This document shows, piece after piece, positions 38,602 to 53,566 of a DNA stretch of 64,000 bases. A program made the position numbers and the translations under genes. The stretch is from Macrostomum hystrix (taxonomy: Eukaryota; Animalia; Platyhelminthes). Numbering within the stretch: position 1 is the stretch's first letter; every line of letters begins with the position of its first letter. The DNA is taken from assembly GCA_950097015.1 (NCBI GenBank), contig CATNEN010000035.1, positions 868,001-932,000 of the forward strand, written 5' to 3'. The notes under the pieces are model-generated. The model had not been told where the DNA came from and made no database searches. It was given only the letters and a program-made list of their open reading frames with translations.

Positions 38602-39830
38602 GTGCCTCAAGAAGTGGCTCACTGGCCATGAGGTGGTGCAGATTAAATGCCACAAAAACTGCAGTGAATGTCGCAATGCAGTCGAGGGGCGATTCAGTCT
38701 GAAAATTGACTTGCTCCTCAGAGACAAGAGTTATATTGCAGGCAAGCAGGTCCATGAAAACAAGTTGAGAGCAATCGCAAGGAGCTTCACCCTCAGGAAG
38801 ATGCACAGCAGATGCAATCCAATGACTATTGGATTTTCTGTCTGTTGGCTGATAGTTGGCAAAAACTGCTTGGCATCCTTGTAGCTCTTGATAACATCCG
38901 GCAGCTTGTCGGACAACACAACTAGATGCTGGGCTAGTCCAGAGATGTCTAGCTCAGCCACAGCAAAATAATCTGTAGCCTTTGCTTTAGCATACAGACT
39001 GCTTATTAGGCAAGCCTCCCTCCAGACAAACTTAGGCTGCTGCAGTAATGGGTAATTCACAATTACTGAACTGATGGCTGTCTCCTGTATTGGAACCACA
39101 CGTTGGTCAAAAGTCTGCAGGTGCTGCAGGCAACAGGATCCTGCTCTTCATCTTCAGCATCGCCCTGAAGCTCAGACATGAAGTCAGAAGGAACTTCACC
39201 ATCAACATTCTTAGACAGGTTCAAACTGCGGCTATAAATAAATGATGATCGCTCATCAGAGCTTTCAGAATCACTAGAAGATTCTTGATCATGAAGTCTA
39301 GCCTCATTAGCAGCAGATGAGGATGCAGCAGCAGCTTTCTTTTTCAGTGGATTAAACCGGTCGCGCATCTGCTTCACTAATGGTGCAGCATCAACCTGAC
39401 TTGGTGATTTTTTCACGAAGCATGATGAAACTTGCTGACAAGTTTTTTTCGCCAATAAGGCTCATCAGATGCATTCATTCCAGGTAGACGGCAAATGGCA
39501 TTGCTAACATCTTGGTAGCGGGCCCCAATCTGGTGAACATAGGGTGCTGCTGGGTCACAATAGTTAAGCAAATAATCTAAGACAGCAGTTAGAAAGCGAT
39601 TGCATCTTTCAACAGAGGCCATCAAACTTGATAAACGAGGATTGGCCACCTCAGGAAAGGCACGGATGATTGCCTCAGGAATGGTGTAGCTGGCACCCCC
39701 AGGCCAAGAATTTTTCAGCTGTTTCTCCTTCATCAGCAGACCTAAGATACCAGTGAATTGGCTTAATAGACCAGCACTAACTGCAGAAATTTCAGCACCA
39801 TTAATAGCAATTGACACAGCAAAGGATGGC
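38602..39830 (-). pseudogene. Accessory gene of the outer CACTG-type CMC element; C-terminus continues at 16399-16313 after removing the 22-kb insertion
   Basis: Motifs YQDVSNAICRLP...PYWRKKLVSKF and FVAFNLHHL are typical of CMC-associated ORFs. The frame is restored across the CA TSD. Multiple frame disruptions. Confidence 0.55.
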
Positions 39831-42028
39831 CCAAATTCAAAGGTGACTCTGGTAGACTCAATAAAGGAGAAAAGGGAGCTGTGAATTATTGTTGGAACTT
39901 TTTCAAATACTCTTTAAAGTTAAAAAAGGTTAAAGTAAAAAGTAAAGTAAAGTGCAAAGTTTTTTGCAAAAACCTTGTTCTATATTCTTTATAGCACATT
40001 TTGTTTAAATTAATGATACAGTACATGGCACTACGAGGGTCGTTCTCAATTATAGGGTTCCTTGTTTTGAAATAAAATAACATTAAGCTTTCGCATTAAA
40101 ATAATTATACTAAATTTTAAAGTACTGATACTAGAACGCTAAGACATAGTTAGAAGCAGAGAAAGTATGCACAAGACGAAACTATATGAATTTGTTTATC
40201 TAAACCGTAAAAACAACTACTATTAACAGGTTTGTGATAAAAATTTGCATAAATGTCAAAGTTACTAACTCTAGTTTTAGGACAGTGTTACTATGTAGAT
40301 ATTGCATTCGGTTATTTTTTTGTTTTTTATTGTTTACAAATTTGTTATGCTATTGTACATTGATTACACTTCGCGTTTCTGACGTTGGTCGAATCGATGT
40401 CTTTTAATATAACGGATTACGTATCTAAAAACTACGTAATCTTTTATGCTGCTTTTACCTACGCATTACAAAAAATACCAATGTTAATAAATTTTCGCCA
40501 TTAAATACTCAGTTTTAAAGAGTTTCCATTTTTAGGATTGTAACAAAGAAAACAAAAATGTGGCACGGCTTAGGGAAATGAATGGATTTTCTGCTCTGAA
40601 CTTCCACAGATGAACCTCCATGCTGTAGAGCAGGATCCTTTTCTGCTTCTTCCGGTTGCCTCGCCCTACAGTCTCCCTCTTTCCAGCAGTTGAGCGTGTG
40701 TTGCTGTCATCACAAAAAAACTAATGACCGCGTTGCGCTAGAGATTTTCTTGACATGGTGGCTTTGCCTTAAGAACCTTAGGCGTGCATCTTAGCACTTT
40801 CATCGTCACGCGGGGGTTCGCAGCTGTCTCAACTATATCGCGCACGAGAAGTTGTATCTCAGGCAATTTCGCTTTAGCGCAATTATAGTTTGGACGATAT
40901 ATGAGTGGTGGCTTCGTCGTCAACTGCTGACTGCATAGAGGAATCGGAAGTTTTGGGTCTATTAGATAAGCTGCTTCGCCTGATCTTTTTCTGCAGCAGC
41001 CAATATACGGAGATGACGCTTATCTTTCTTTGCAGATTCTCTCCTCACAGCAGCTAGAGTCCGAACCAGGCCTTTTCTATCCTTTCTTTCATTAGCCCGT
41101 GCTTCAGCTTGTGCTTCAACACAAACTCCATTCGGTGATTCAGCACAAGCTCAACTTGAGCTTCAGCACAAAATTCAGCTTGTGCTTCAATATAGGCTCC
41201 AACACGGATTGCAGCTCTTTTCCAATAATACTCCTTAGCCTTTCTCATTTTATAATTCTGATAGCAAAACACAGATCACAACCTGTCTAATTAATGAAGT
41301 AAAACACAAATTATTGTTAATAAAAATGGTTTTATTAATAACGAAATTGTATATAGTAGTCTATGTAAGTCGGTTGTTTTCTTATTTGTAGCATTTGTAA
41401 AACTAATTTAAATGAATAACAAAATAATTAGCAATTTTTAACACAAAACGATCGGGCGACTGCATTCGAGTGAATCAAAAATCGAAAAGGACATGCATGC
41501 GAAAGGTTTATACTTTATATAGTTAATTATACACATTTTAAAGCTTTATACATATAAAATATGCATTTCACGTTTCAGCCTAACTAATTAATTGCGACCG
41601 AAGTCATGTACCACAACAACATTGAAAAGCGTAGTAAAAACTAATATTTGGAGTACCTGCAAAACTAGTATGCAATATACAATCAAATCTATACCTCTTT
41701 TTTAAAGCTTGAGATGTAGGGAATATGCTGGTCAAGTTTGAGCTTAGATTATTAACCATGGCCTATGTTATGTAAAACTTAATGAAAAACATTCAAAAAA
41801 AGATAAAATCTGGAATATCTGCAGTGCATGCAAAACTGGTTCAGGTGTATATAACATATGCTCTAGGGCTCTCTCTTCAATATTCTCCACTGTAATGTTG
41901 CACTCACTATTACCCTTTAGTTACCAAAAGTTACTATTTATTACTAGTAGTGCTGCCACCAAGCAGAAGGAACTGCTATCAAGGAATGTTCCGAAGATAT
42001 TCCTTATTTGCACCTTTATCCTCTAGGG

Positions 42029-43185
<1,157 letters not shown>

Positions 43186-44748
43186 CTCTAGGGTAGCGTT
43201 TCTCTCTCTCTTTCTCTTATCCGTGTATACGTGGCCTGAGAGGTCTTTTAGCACCGGTTATGCACTTAATCCGCCAGGCGTACCTGTGGATTAGAGGGTC
43301 ACAGCAATAGGCCTTTGAATCACCTATGGATAAACTCCGAAATTCGGGTATTACTTTTCGAATGTACGAGTACTTCTTCGGGAATTACTCGACTGGTTAT
43401 CCACTGAATATCCTATTCAGGTCAACTGAACTCTGATATATCCTCTGAACTCTCTTGTTCAGGTAAATCTTTCTCCTTCTCTGAACACTCTGTTCAGGTT
43501 TAGATCCTAATAAGAACTAACTCTTAAAACCTTTGGTATATTTGTTCACTTGTTTGTAAGGAAGGTTGTCTCGAAGGCACACGAGGGTTCATTTTCTCTC
43601 TAAAAAACCCTCCCCTTATATAGTATTTTATTTGCGGTTATAAACAAAAATTTTATTACAATAATATATTTTGAAGAGCGCTTATTTAAACAAATTTTAT
43701 TGAGAACATATTTTTGCCATTTTTGCGGAATTTTGCATAAACAAATTTATGCGGAAAATATTCTTTGGATTATAACAAATTGTTATTTGCGTAAATTTAA
43801 CTTGTGAAGAATTAATATTTTTAGAGGCCTATTCCAACCTGCCTCTCCTAACATTAAATTTTGGATAAGAATGAGTGAGAAATTTAATGCAAAAATAATA
43901 AAATGAATAGTAGCAAGCATAGCAAATGTAAAAAGGTTACTACTGTTAAAAGTATAAAAATTCACTTGACACGGAGACAGGTTCAAAGATATAGCTATCA
44001 GGCTTTTGTATACAGTTATATATGTATACTAATGAGTTTAAGTTGCAATTATTATTAATAAACTAATTAACGTTCATTTTCAATTATATTTTTTTAAACA
44101 CAGATGTTTGTAATGCTTATTGTAGAAAAACAGTAATTACATATTGGTACATAAAACCGCACAAGATGCATGGATACAAGAAACAATTGAACAAAATGTA
44201 GAAGCAAAACTAAGTTAGGCATGCAAATATGAGTTATGAAAAGCATAATCATTGAAAAGGAAAACTATGAGTTTTATAAGTACATCCAATTATGGTTAAT
44301 ATACAAAACACAAACTTATTTAATTACATTGGTAAAACACAGATGTTTACAATGCTTATCGGAGAAAAACTGTAATTACATATCGTATACACTGGGAGAG
44401 CATTACAAAACATTTAAATGTCAATTATAATGCGTGGAAGTCTTAACAGACAGGCAGTAACAAAGCAATTAAGCCAACGGCAGTATTTTGGTTACTCCTC
44501 GAACGGACTGATTTGAGCCTTTGCTTACTTTTCGAAATCCGAATATTATTTCCAGAACTTCGAGAAGGTTTTCAGTTGCCTTATCATGGCGAAGATTTAG
44601 GGCAAGGTAGACCATAATCAATGTCTGAATAGCATGCAGACTCGATTCCGTGCAGCTGACACGTAGACCTTCAGCTCCTTAATCAAAGGCAAATAAGATT
44701 CACAAAGAGAAATACCATTAGGATTACTATTTTTGTTATAAATTTTTG

Positions 44749-45900
44749 TTATAAACTTTTCCACTTTACTAAGCTAGCCAAAAAAGTCAAACTTTGTTTA
44801 GATTGAAACTCAGAAGGTAGATTCAACACTTTATAGTATATAGCAGAAATCTTATGCTTGGTTCGTGCTTTTCCAATAGGGTTACAAACCTCAAACTCAT
44901 CTGTATATAGAGAAATATAAATTGCCTTTGCATAGTCAACTGCTTGCTCTTCAGAGTCTAACAAAGGAATAATGTAGATTTTGAAATATGGACTTCTAAA
45001 AAAGGCCCTTTTTTCTCTAGATTACTATTAAGAATCAAATTATTAAACTTGCTATTTTGAACTAATGATTTAAGACTTGCACCTATTGGAACATAGTAAA
45101 TACAAGACCCATGTAGAGAAGATGTAACTTTCTGTGGCTCAATATAAGAAAAGTGTTGTCTAATATATTGTAATAATTGGCTTTCACTAAGGAGAATATC
45201 AAGGCAACCATCAAAATACATATCAAAATCAAGTTTTTGCTTGATATCTGCAATTTGTTCAGTGTTCATTCCTTGTTCCTTAAGAACTTGTTCCATAATA
45301 TTACTAAATTAATTAGAAAATGATGCCATGATATCATGAAGTTGACAACTTAGATTTTTAGCTACAGAATTAGGCAAGGCATGACAATCACGACTATTGA
45401 TAAAAAACATGACTATCTTATGAGCAATATCATCTTGCAATTGTCCTTTTAATTCAAATGCACTGAGCTTACTAGATACAATAGCAAATGGAGGTTGGAT
45501 GGGTTCAGAGTCAAATAGGCCAATATGTTTGATAGTTTGATTGCTAACATTGTCAGTGTCAATTTCACTTGTAACTGTAGGCCTCTTAGTAGTAGTATTA
45601 GGCATACTGTCATCAGGATCAGCCAAAGATTCATCCAAAATAGGATCATTTAGTTGGTCACTAGGTAGAGGATTTCGAGGAGTAGCAGTGGTGGATGTTT
45701 TCTTAGTCAATTGACTCAATATCTTCAAGTGGACTTTCAAGAGAACATGCAGCCTTTCGAAGGACATTGATGTCGTCGATTCCTAATAAAATTGTTTGCA
45801 CAAAAGTACTTGTAATGGTAAATAAATGTAGCACCATCATTTGATGAGAAGTTACACTTGCAACAGAATACAAACATCAAAGCTAGTTGCAGCAGAATGA
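44749..45900 (-). pseudogene. 5' part of a CACTA/EnSpm-type transposase with N-terminal C2H2-like fingers; frameshifted and 3'-truncated
   Basis: Motifs CCKC...H and CPSKGC...VHLK; LYTDEFEVCNPIG...KHKISAIYYKVLNLP..FQS. Confidence 0.75.
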
Positions 45901-45940
45901 ATCGAGACATTATAATAAATATGAAATGTAGACAATAATA

Positions 45941-47508
45941 TACCTTTTTGCGATTGAATTCGTCCAAACTGCAAAACCTTTCGTCCACTAACGCTTTCTT
46001 AATGGGAGCTAAATTTAGATCATACCATAGACAACCGTGTTCACGCAAAACGGTTCATCCAGTTTGTAAAACATTTCGTCTAAACCCTTCGTCCAAACAG
46101 CTAAACAGCTAAACGGAGCGACTTTATTTGATATCATGAGATATTGAACAAAGCAAAAACAGTGTCTCTTGTTAGAATGTTAGTTCAAAATGTCTTCGTA
46201 GTCCAAACAACGGCCGTAGTAACCCACAGTGTGATTGGTCCGTTGCTGGCACTTCTCCTGTGTAATCACGTGCAGTGCAGCTTCGACCTCTCTTCAAAAT
46301 GTGCATCCGCCAGGCATGCAGAGTCAGGTTCGCAGCAGCAGCAGCTTGCCGATTAGAGAGCTCGTGCTGAATAGCGGGAACTGACAGTGCCCTCTTCACT
46401 GATGCCTTCAGGGAAGACCCTGCGCGCTCAGTTGGGTTGAGATACGGAGAGTACGGTGGCAATTGATAGGTGCTGTGTTGCGGTGAAAGTCCAGGGACTT
46501 GAAGGTGAGCGCGGGCCCCATCAAAGATCGCCACCCACTCAGCCTCCACCAGGACATCCAGCTCTACTAAGAAGTCTGCAAAATTTTGAGCTCGAAAACC
46601 TCCTTCCATCAGCGCATAGTGAACAAGTCCCCATTGCGGAGATATGGCCAAGCAGAGAGTCAGGTTTTGTCCGCGCTGGCCACATACCGTTCTCACCGCA
46701 GGCTGGCCTCGATATGCCCATCCTTGAGTTCTCGCCGTCCACAGGTTCAGCCCGAACTCATCGAGAAAAATCTGGTTCCTGTCGTGTCCTTCGTTCATCA
46801 TCCACTGTGCGTACTCACATCTCGCCGCCTTCACAACTGGGTCGTTCCAATCAAACGTAATCTGCCTAGCCAGCTTCAAAGTCACCAGCTGTTTGTCAAG
46901 TGCTCGACTTATGGTTGAGACATGAGGAAGTTGACCTTCATTGCCAAGTTGCATCAGATGGTTCCGCATCATTTGTAATGTCGCGGACGGGTTTGCCTCG
47001 AGGAACTCGATGATTGACTCAATCTGCTGCTCTTGCAGTTTCTTCGGACGGCCACCTGGTGATGGAAACTTCTCAATGCGCCCGGTTTGAACGTAGGTGT
47101 CGACAATCGTTTTGGCTGTCTTTCTCTTGATCCCAAGGATATCGGCCAGTTGTTTCCAATCGCGGCCTTCTTCAACAGCCAAGGCTAATCGCCTGCGGTC
47201 TTCGTTTGACACTGGATGGTAGAGGCCTCGGTTCATCTTCGACTGTTTTGCCGGGTTCGGAATGGAAGATAGGCCTATGCGTTGCTGTAGCTTTAGTGGT
47301 AGCAAAAGCGAACTGTCAATTGGGTGTTAACTATGGTAGGAACAGTACACTCGGTCTCTAGTCTAGGGGACGAAATGTTTTACAAACTGGATGAACCGTT
47401 TTGCGTGAAAACGGTTGTCTATGGTATGATCTAAATTTAGCTCCCATTAAGAAAGCATTTGTGGACGAAAGGTTTTGCAGTTTGGACGAATTCAATCGCA
47501 AAAAAGTA
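45941..47508 (-). mobile_element. IS630/Tc1/mariner element (Gambol-like), 140-bp TIRs, TA flanks
   Basis: 45941-46080 is the near-perfect reverse complement of 47369-47508, with TA on both sides. Confidence 0.95.
46172..47233 (-). CDS. DD30E transposase with HTH domains and a probable C-terminal frameshift near 46290
   Basis: IFLDEFG, IFDGARAH and LPPYSPYLNPTE, with 30 residues between D2 and E. The alternative frame gives EVEAALHVITQEKCQ...RCLDYEDILN*. Confidence 0.85.
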   Translation of the reverse strand, partial: NRGLYHPVSNEDRRRLALAVEEGRDWKQLADILGIKRKTAKTIVDTYVQTGRIEKFPSPGGRPKKLQEQQIESIIEFLEANPSATLQMMRNHLMQLGNEGQLPHVSTISRALDKQLVTLKLARQITFDWNDPVVKAARCEYAQWMMNEGHDRNQIFLDEFGLNLWTARTQGWAYRGQPAVRTVCGQRGQNLTLCLAISPQWGLVHYALMEGGFRAQNFADFLVELDVLVEAEWVAIFDGARAHLQVPGLSPQHSTYQLPPYSPYLNPTERAGSSLKASVKRALSVPAIQHELSNRQAAAAANLTLHAWRMHILKRGRSCTARDYTGEVPATDQSHCGLLRPLFGLRRHFELTF

Positions 47509-48039
47509 TAGTAAGGCACAAATATTAGTTTAGATAATAGGCAAATAATTCAATCGATGTCGATGATTCAGCTAGGCTAGATACTTGTCAAAGGTTTAGA
47601 GGTTACTTGGACTGGCAGCGGGCACTCACAAGAGGAAGATTACTTGGCAATAGGTCAATTTGTAATCGCAAAACTCGGAGAAGCTATAGAGGAGATAATT
47701 GTAATAGCCAGGCCCGCATGGCGACCATCTTCTTTTAGTTTGTAAAGGTGCTTAAATTTAAAGTATTAACAAACACTTTAATATAAACACTAAGTCACAT
47801 TGAAAAAGACGTTTTAAAGTTAAGGATATGCTGCAAATATTTTTTACACTTTGTCCCAGGCCATAACGTTCAAAGCTGAATTCATAGGTTTGTCGTTAAA
47901 ACTTTTTCTTTTAGTACGAAAGAAGCTGATTAAGACAGGCCACTTTTATTCTATGAAATGCAGGGCCACATGTGACGAAACATTGTTGTTGCACCCTTTA
48001 CATGGCTCTGTATTTAGCAACGCAAACCATGAGGTCGAT

Positions 48040-48148
48040 TTATTCAGAATATTTCGGCCACCCTTCGGCCACCCTTCGGCCACCACCAACGTTCGGCCAC
48101 TGATCGGCCACTGTTTGCCCACTTCACGGCCACTTTTCCTTTACAGTG
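48040..48148 (-). repeat. Right terminus of a CACTG-type CMC element with about 7 (T/C)CGGCCAC subterminal repeats, followed by TA
   Basis: Ends ...TTTACAGTG at 48148; same terminal and subterminal motif family as 14759-15602. Confidence 0.8.
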
Positions 48149-48786
48149 TAGTCTATGGCAAAAAGGAATAGTTTGTGGAAAAGTTATTACTTGTGTTCTG
48201 CCAATAATTTTGTGTCAATTTTGGATGCATATGAGCAGACTTGTTCCCATAGACAGCGAGACAAAGCATTGGTTTGTAACCCAGTGTCAGAATCGAATGC
48301 CCGATGTCATAGTTGCTTGCAAAGTGTCAACAAAGCTTGAAGTTTGTCTATATCGGATGTAAATTGTCAGAAGTGAACCAAAGTTTGTCAAAATAGGTTG
48401 AACATTTTAGCTAGCGCTGCCACAGACTGTCAAAATTGGATGCAACGATGTCAATATCGAGTGCACCTTTTCCAAAATAGAAATTAAAAAGGTGTAGTTT
48501 GGACAGCGGGCTTTTAAATTGGACGCAGGCCGCAGTCAGCCGCAGCAGCCTGACTGCAGTCTATGGCCCAACCTGACACGCAGGCGCGGGATTTCTAATT
48601 GGACAGCGGGCAGCAATTTGGACACAGTGAGCAGCAAAGTATAGCAGCTGCTTGTATTTTAAACGAGTGACTGGGATATTCAATGCAGAAAAATTTCAAA
48701 ACAGTATAGAAAACAGTAACTGTAACTCTAGTTCAAAACAGTAACAGTATAGTTCACATCAGTTTGCTGCGAGAAAATGTCTAAGA

Positions 48787-51040
48787 TTACGCATCAATAG
48801 CAGCTCCGGCCAAGCAGCGCGGAATGTAGCGCAAAGTGTGCTGATACCACGCAGCGCACTTCTGCTGCGTGATGCTGTCAACCGCTGCTTCCCCGCATCT
48901 CTGCAGCACCATCACTCTCCACTCCCTGTCAGTTAGTCCTGGAGGTTTAAATGCCAGTTCTTGCTGCACAACTGGTTCAGCCAACTGTTGCTTCACTTGC
49001 TTCACATTTTCCAGCGAATGACCAATGCAGGACTCAAATTAAGACTGAAGAAATGCTTCCTATTTCAACAAGAACTGAAATATCTCGGCCGTGTCATAGG
49101 AAGAAGTGGCATTCGAACTGATGCGACAAAAATAGAAGCTATAAAAAGTTAAGACTGAATTTCTAATGACTTAAATGCTCGTCAAATGATCGAGAATAGC
49201 CAACCACATCATCTAAATATGACATGGCGTACTTGTGCTGAATGCCCGCCAGTACTAAGTTCATTAACCTTTGGAAGGTTCCTGGCGCATTTGATAACCC
49301 TTGCGGCATTACACAGTACTCAAACTGGCCTTTATTATGTGTGGAAAATGCGGTCATGAAGCGATGCTCTTCTTTAATAGGAAGCTGCCAATACCCGGAA
49401 TTTAGATCCAAACTGCTGAAAATTGACTTCCAGACAAGTGAGAGAAAGTCTCTTGGATATTAGGGATTGGGTAGGGCACGAACTCCAATCTAGAATTCAG
49501 CATCCTAAAGTCGCTCACTATTCTGATAGACCCATCCTTTTTAGGCACTATGACTAGAGGAGTCGAATAAGTACTATAGCAGGGTCTGATAAGATTTTTA
49601 GCCAACATATCCTCTAGTTGGGTGTCTACCTGCTTTTGTAAGTGAGGAGCTATTCTTCTCGTTGGGATCCGCACTGGGTTCGGATCCTTGAGCAATATCT
49701 CATGTGTCACGAGATGAGTCAAGCCCATCTCGGATTCTATTTTCGAGAACGCATCTCGGTTTTCTTTTAAAAGCTCTATAACTTTCTTTTTCTCCTCTTG
49801 ACTCAATTCTTTTCCTATATTCACCTGTTCTATCCAATTGTCCTTTTCATCCTCCTTCATTGATTGGACGCGTCCGGTAGGTTTGACTGGCTCCATGGCT
49901 GAATATGCTAAATCTTTTGCCTTCAAGGGCTTTGCTGTTCCTATAATAGTTGATTTCGGCACTTTGACATCAAAATTATATTTATTAATTAATTCCACTA
50001 CACCTGTTCCGTTCAGCATTGTCAACAGGGTAGGCATCATTTCTAGAGCTCCTTCTCTAATCTTCACAGTCTCTCCTATACGCTGAACTGTCATAGGTGT
50101 TCCATGATTCGATTCTGAATTCTTAGCCAGCTGTACTGGTATCCTCAATGCACTATTAGCTGGCACTACTATCCTCTGACAACTAAAAATTCTGCAGACT
50201 TTTACTGGTAGCCTATAAAACTGGATCGGAATGCAGAATCCTTCCTTAAGTACTAATATGCCTTTAGAAAATTCTATTCCTTTGCAATAAGTAATGAAAA
50301 AATCCATTCCTAATACATCGTCACATTCATGCTGACATAGCAAAAATTTAATCTCTAATTCTACTTCGCCAAACTTAATTTTCGTTGTTATTTCACCTGC
50401 TAAATTTACTACTGAGCCATCGAATGTTGTAACTCTTCTCTCTGTAGGTTGAATCTCTTCCTCTTGGAAGGTCTTACTGCACACACTCTTACTCAAGAAA
50501 TTGTTCATTGCTCCTGTGTCTAACAGAAAATTTATTTTCTTCTTGCCTAGATTTCCTTCTATAATTGCTTCATGGCTTTATTCGGCTCGATTTTCCTGGT
50601 CTTTAATTCTTCCTTTTTTTATTTGGCACATTAATTATCGGCTTCACTTTACGTTCTCTTGCCTTCTTGCTAGGCAATGTGTTAATTCTAACATTAGTTC
50701 TCGCAGATCCCTGGACTGCGGCTTTATTTACATTGACTCCTGGCACATTAATAATTTCTGGCCTATCGTCTAATTTAGTCTCACTATTAAATGCTGCAAA
50801 CCTATTGCTAGTTTTAATTTGACTATTTGCATTCCTAGAGGTCTGAGAATAGCTATTTACGTTAGAGGGGCGTGACCTCTTCAATCGACCCTAGGAAAAT
50901 CCTAGGAAAGACTCCTTTGTTATATGTATTTCTGAAGTTAGCGATTTTGCGTTAATAATAACTTGTCATAACGCACTGGTTTATTTATAATTTTCTACAA
51001 TACGTACTGATTTGAGTTTCCAGTCCTAGTCGGGTTACCA
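48787..51040 (-). mobile_element. Degenerate, rearranged Ty3/Gypsy element (gag remnant, protease, RT; part of the RT inverted)
   Basis: FLLDTGAMNNF; VPKKDGSIRIVSDFR; DLNSGYWQ; YLDD; PBS-like TGGTAACCCG at 51040-51031. Frameshifts, and the RT continuation lies on the plus strand. Confidence 0.9.
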
Positions 51041-51041
51041 A

Positions 51042-51330
51042 TGGACTAGAGTTGCCCAGTCAATCACACAGTCTGAATGACTCCCTTGTTTTTAATTCTA
51101 ATACAGCTTGGCTTTGTCTCAATAGGGAATGTATGAAATAAGTAAGACACTGTTTAAATCGCGAGTGAGCGCGGAACTCCGGTTTATTTTCCTCCTCAAA
51201 TCTCCCTATATTTATATCATAAAATTGGGGTGGCGTACCCCATTAAAACACGAAACTATTTAAACAAAAATGTATACGGTAAGATATCATTTTCGCGTCA
51301 ATTCAACTTTTAAAATATGTGATAATTATA
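51042..51330 (-). repeat. Probable 5' LTR of the degenerate Gypsy (far boundary uncertain)
   Basis: Ends in CA one base before the PBS; TATA-like and AATAAA motifs on the minus strand. No partner LTR found. Confidence 0.45.
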
Positions 51331-52240
51331 CGCTGCCTCAACTGGCTTCCCTAATGGTATTTTTTGAATGAGAATATGAAAGTGAGAAAAATACCAAAGT
51401 CATGACAAAAGTAAAATACAACTATAAAAATATAAGTACATCAGGAAAAAGGCATAATGACACATTGAAGTAGTACACACAAAGTTAAAAATTGCATATA
51501 TACAAATAATACAAATAAAGAACGCATAATACAGTCATCCAAACACACTGAGTAAAATTAAATACAAATGTTGTACCTGTGGTAGCGTGGCACACAAATG
51601 GTGCAAATAACGAAGACAGGAACTAGATTCAGAGAGGAAAGTATCCGGCCTCAACACTGGTGCTTCGTCGCAGTGGAAGCAACCCGGTAGTCAGGCTCCG
51701 ATTGTCCAATTTCCTCGTTACTGGGCCTTACCCTCGTATATCGGAATTTTCCGAGCGTGGAAACTCCCTTAACTCAGCAAATAGCGTACCTTAGTCTTAT
51801 AGGACCTTTGTTGTTAAAACGAATTCCCCGAAAAACTGGGGCACGGATCAGTTTCGAGAAACTCTTCCGCTGAATTTTAAGATATATTTAACCGAATTTA
51901 TTAAAAATTTACAAGCGATTCGATTTAGATCATTTTATACGGATCTCAAGCATAGAAATTAGTAAATAATAAGTAAATAAGTAAATAAATGGGAAATAAA
52001 TATTTTAATAAAAAAATAAATAATATAAAAGCTTGCAGTTTGTGAGCAAAGAGCAAAAGTAACAAAAGCCATAAGTACTCATAGGCAATAAAAAGACGTT
52101 AAGTCTTACGTTAAGTAGGAAAAGAGCAAAAAGAAAAAATACCATAGCAGCTGAGCACTGCTCACCAGCCCTCTTGAGCTCAGGCAGCTATTTAAATTTC
52201 ATTTTAGTTTACTTTCAGGGCCATGGGTCTCAGAGACTGC

Positions 52241-53010
52241 TCAGCCCTGGATTGGGAGCGGGTTCGGCCTGTTGATTTGTCCCCGCCTCAGGGCAGCCCA
52301 CAGGACATTGAGGATGGGAACTCGTCCCGGAGCGCGAGGCAGCTCCGGCTCGATGTGGAAGCCGTGCAGCCGAGCTGCTTTCATCTTGAGCAGCCAGGCC
52401 ACACCGAGCTGGTTGACTCTGGCTGAGAGCATTGGCATGCCGGCCAGTTTGTGAAGGTCGGTGCTCAGGTAGGAAGGCACACCGTAGCAGATTCGCAGAG
52501 CAAGGTTCTGGATTTTTTGTAGCTTGATCTGATTGGTTACGCAGATCAGAGTCAAGATTGGGGCGCCGTAGGTGAGAGCGCTCTCACCGTAGGCCCTGTA
52601 CAGCATTCTGAGAGTGACGCTGCTCAGTTTGGTGATCTTGGCGATGCGGCACAGGGACATGACAATGGCCCTGCACGTATTCGCCATGTTGTCGACGTGT
52701 TTATTCAAGCAAAGATTGGCGTCGAGGAGGACACCTAGAGATTTTACTTCCTGACAGTAGGGGACCTCCGTCTGCCCCAGCTGCAGTTTGGGTCGCAAGT
52801 CGGCGCGAGCTGTCGGCTTGTAGTTGAAGGCGATGGCCTTGCTCTTGTCGGCATTCAGTCTGATGCCTTGCTTTCCGCACCACTCCCAGACTTGTCTGAG
52901 GTAGCTCTGGAGGCATGTCCGCAGACCAGCAAAGGTGTCTGCGGAGGCCCAGATGGCCATGTCGTCAGCAAATTGACTGCGTTTCACGTTTGGATTTTCA
53001 GGAATCGGCA
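52241..53010 (-). pseudogene. 3' part of the RT of an APE-type (I/Jockey-group) LINE
   Basis: SQFADD, WC...GIRLNADKS, VKSLGVLLDANL, LRMLYRAY...YGAPI, KLQKIQNLALR. Confidence 0.9.
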
Positions 53011-53566
53011 TTGCCACTCCCAAGGCCGATTTGCTACGACAGCCACGCACATCGGCAGCCACACCTGGCTGTTCAACAGCACCGGCATGCGCGCCTGTGA
53101 CTGGCGCTTCATCCACCGAGCGCGGCTCAACCTAGTGCCCACCAACGCACTACGGAGGTTGGTCGACCCGACATCCGACCCGCGATGCCGCCGCTGCGGA
53201 GCCGGCGTCGAGACGCTCGGCCACGTCATCAACAGCTGCCCGGTGCACGCGGCCAGGTGGAGGGACCGCCACGACGGCATCGTCAACGCCGTCGCCACCG
53301 CCATTAGCGAGGCCCGCCCCAACGCGACCATCACCACCGACCAGGAGGTCCTTGCCGGCTCCTCTCTGCGACCTGACATCAGCATCATGGATCCAGACAG
53401 AGGCCGCCGCCTCCTGATCGAAGTCAAGTCGCCGTTCGAGGTCGGGCCGGCCACGTTCCCACGCAAGCACCGAGCCGTATGCCAAAAGTACGCCGGCATC
53501 ACGCAGCAGCTCGGCGCAGAGGCGCCAACGGCCCTGGCCACTTTCTGCATTGGCTCGCTGGGCGCC
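53010..53566 (+). pseudogene. Inverted fragment of an RLE-type non-LTR element (R2/NeSL/Utopia group): CCHC knuckle and restriction-like endonuclease
   Basis: RARLNLVP, CRRCGAGVETLGHVINSC, RHDGIV, LRPDI, IEVKSPF, QKY, GSLGA. Confidence 0.9.

Noticed and set aside
40560-41290. Short minus-strand ORFs as upstream exons of the 38.6-39.8 kb gene
   Set aside because: No recognisable domain and no confident splice path.
43200-43960. Possible solo LTR (TATA and purine-rich tract on the minus strand)
   Set aside because: No TG...CA ends with a TSD and no partner copy could be identified.
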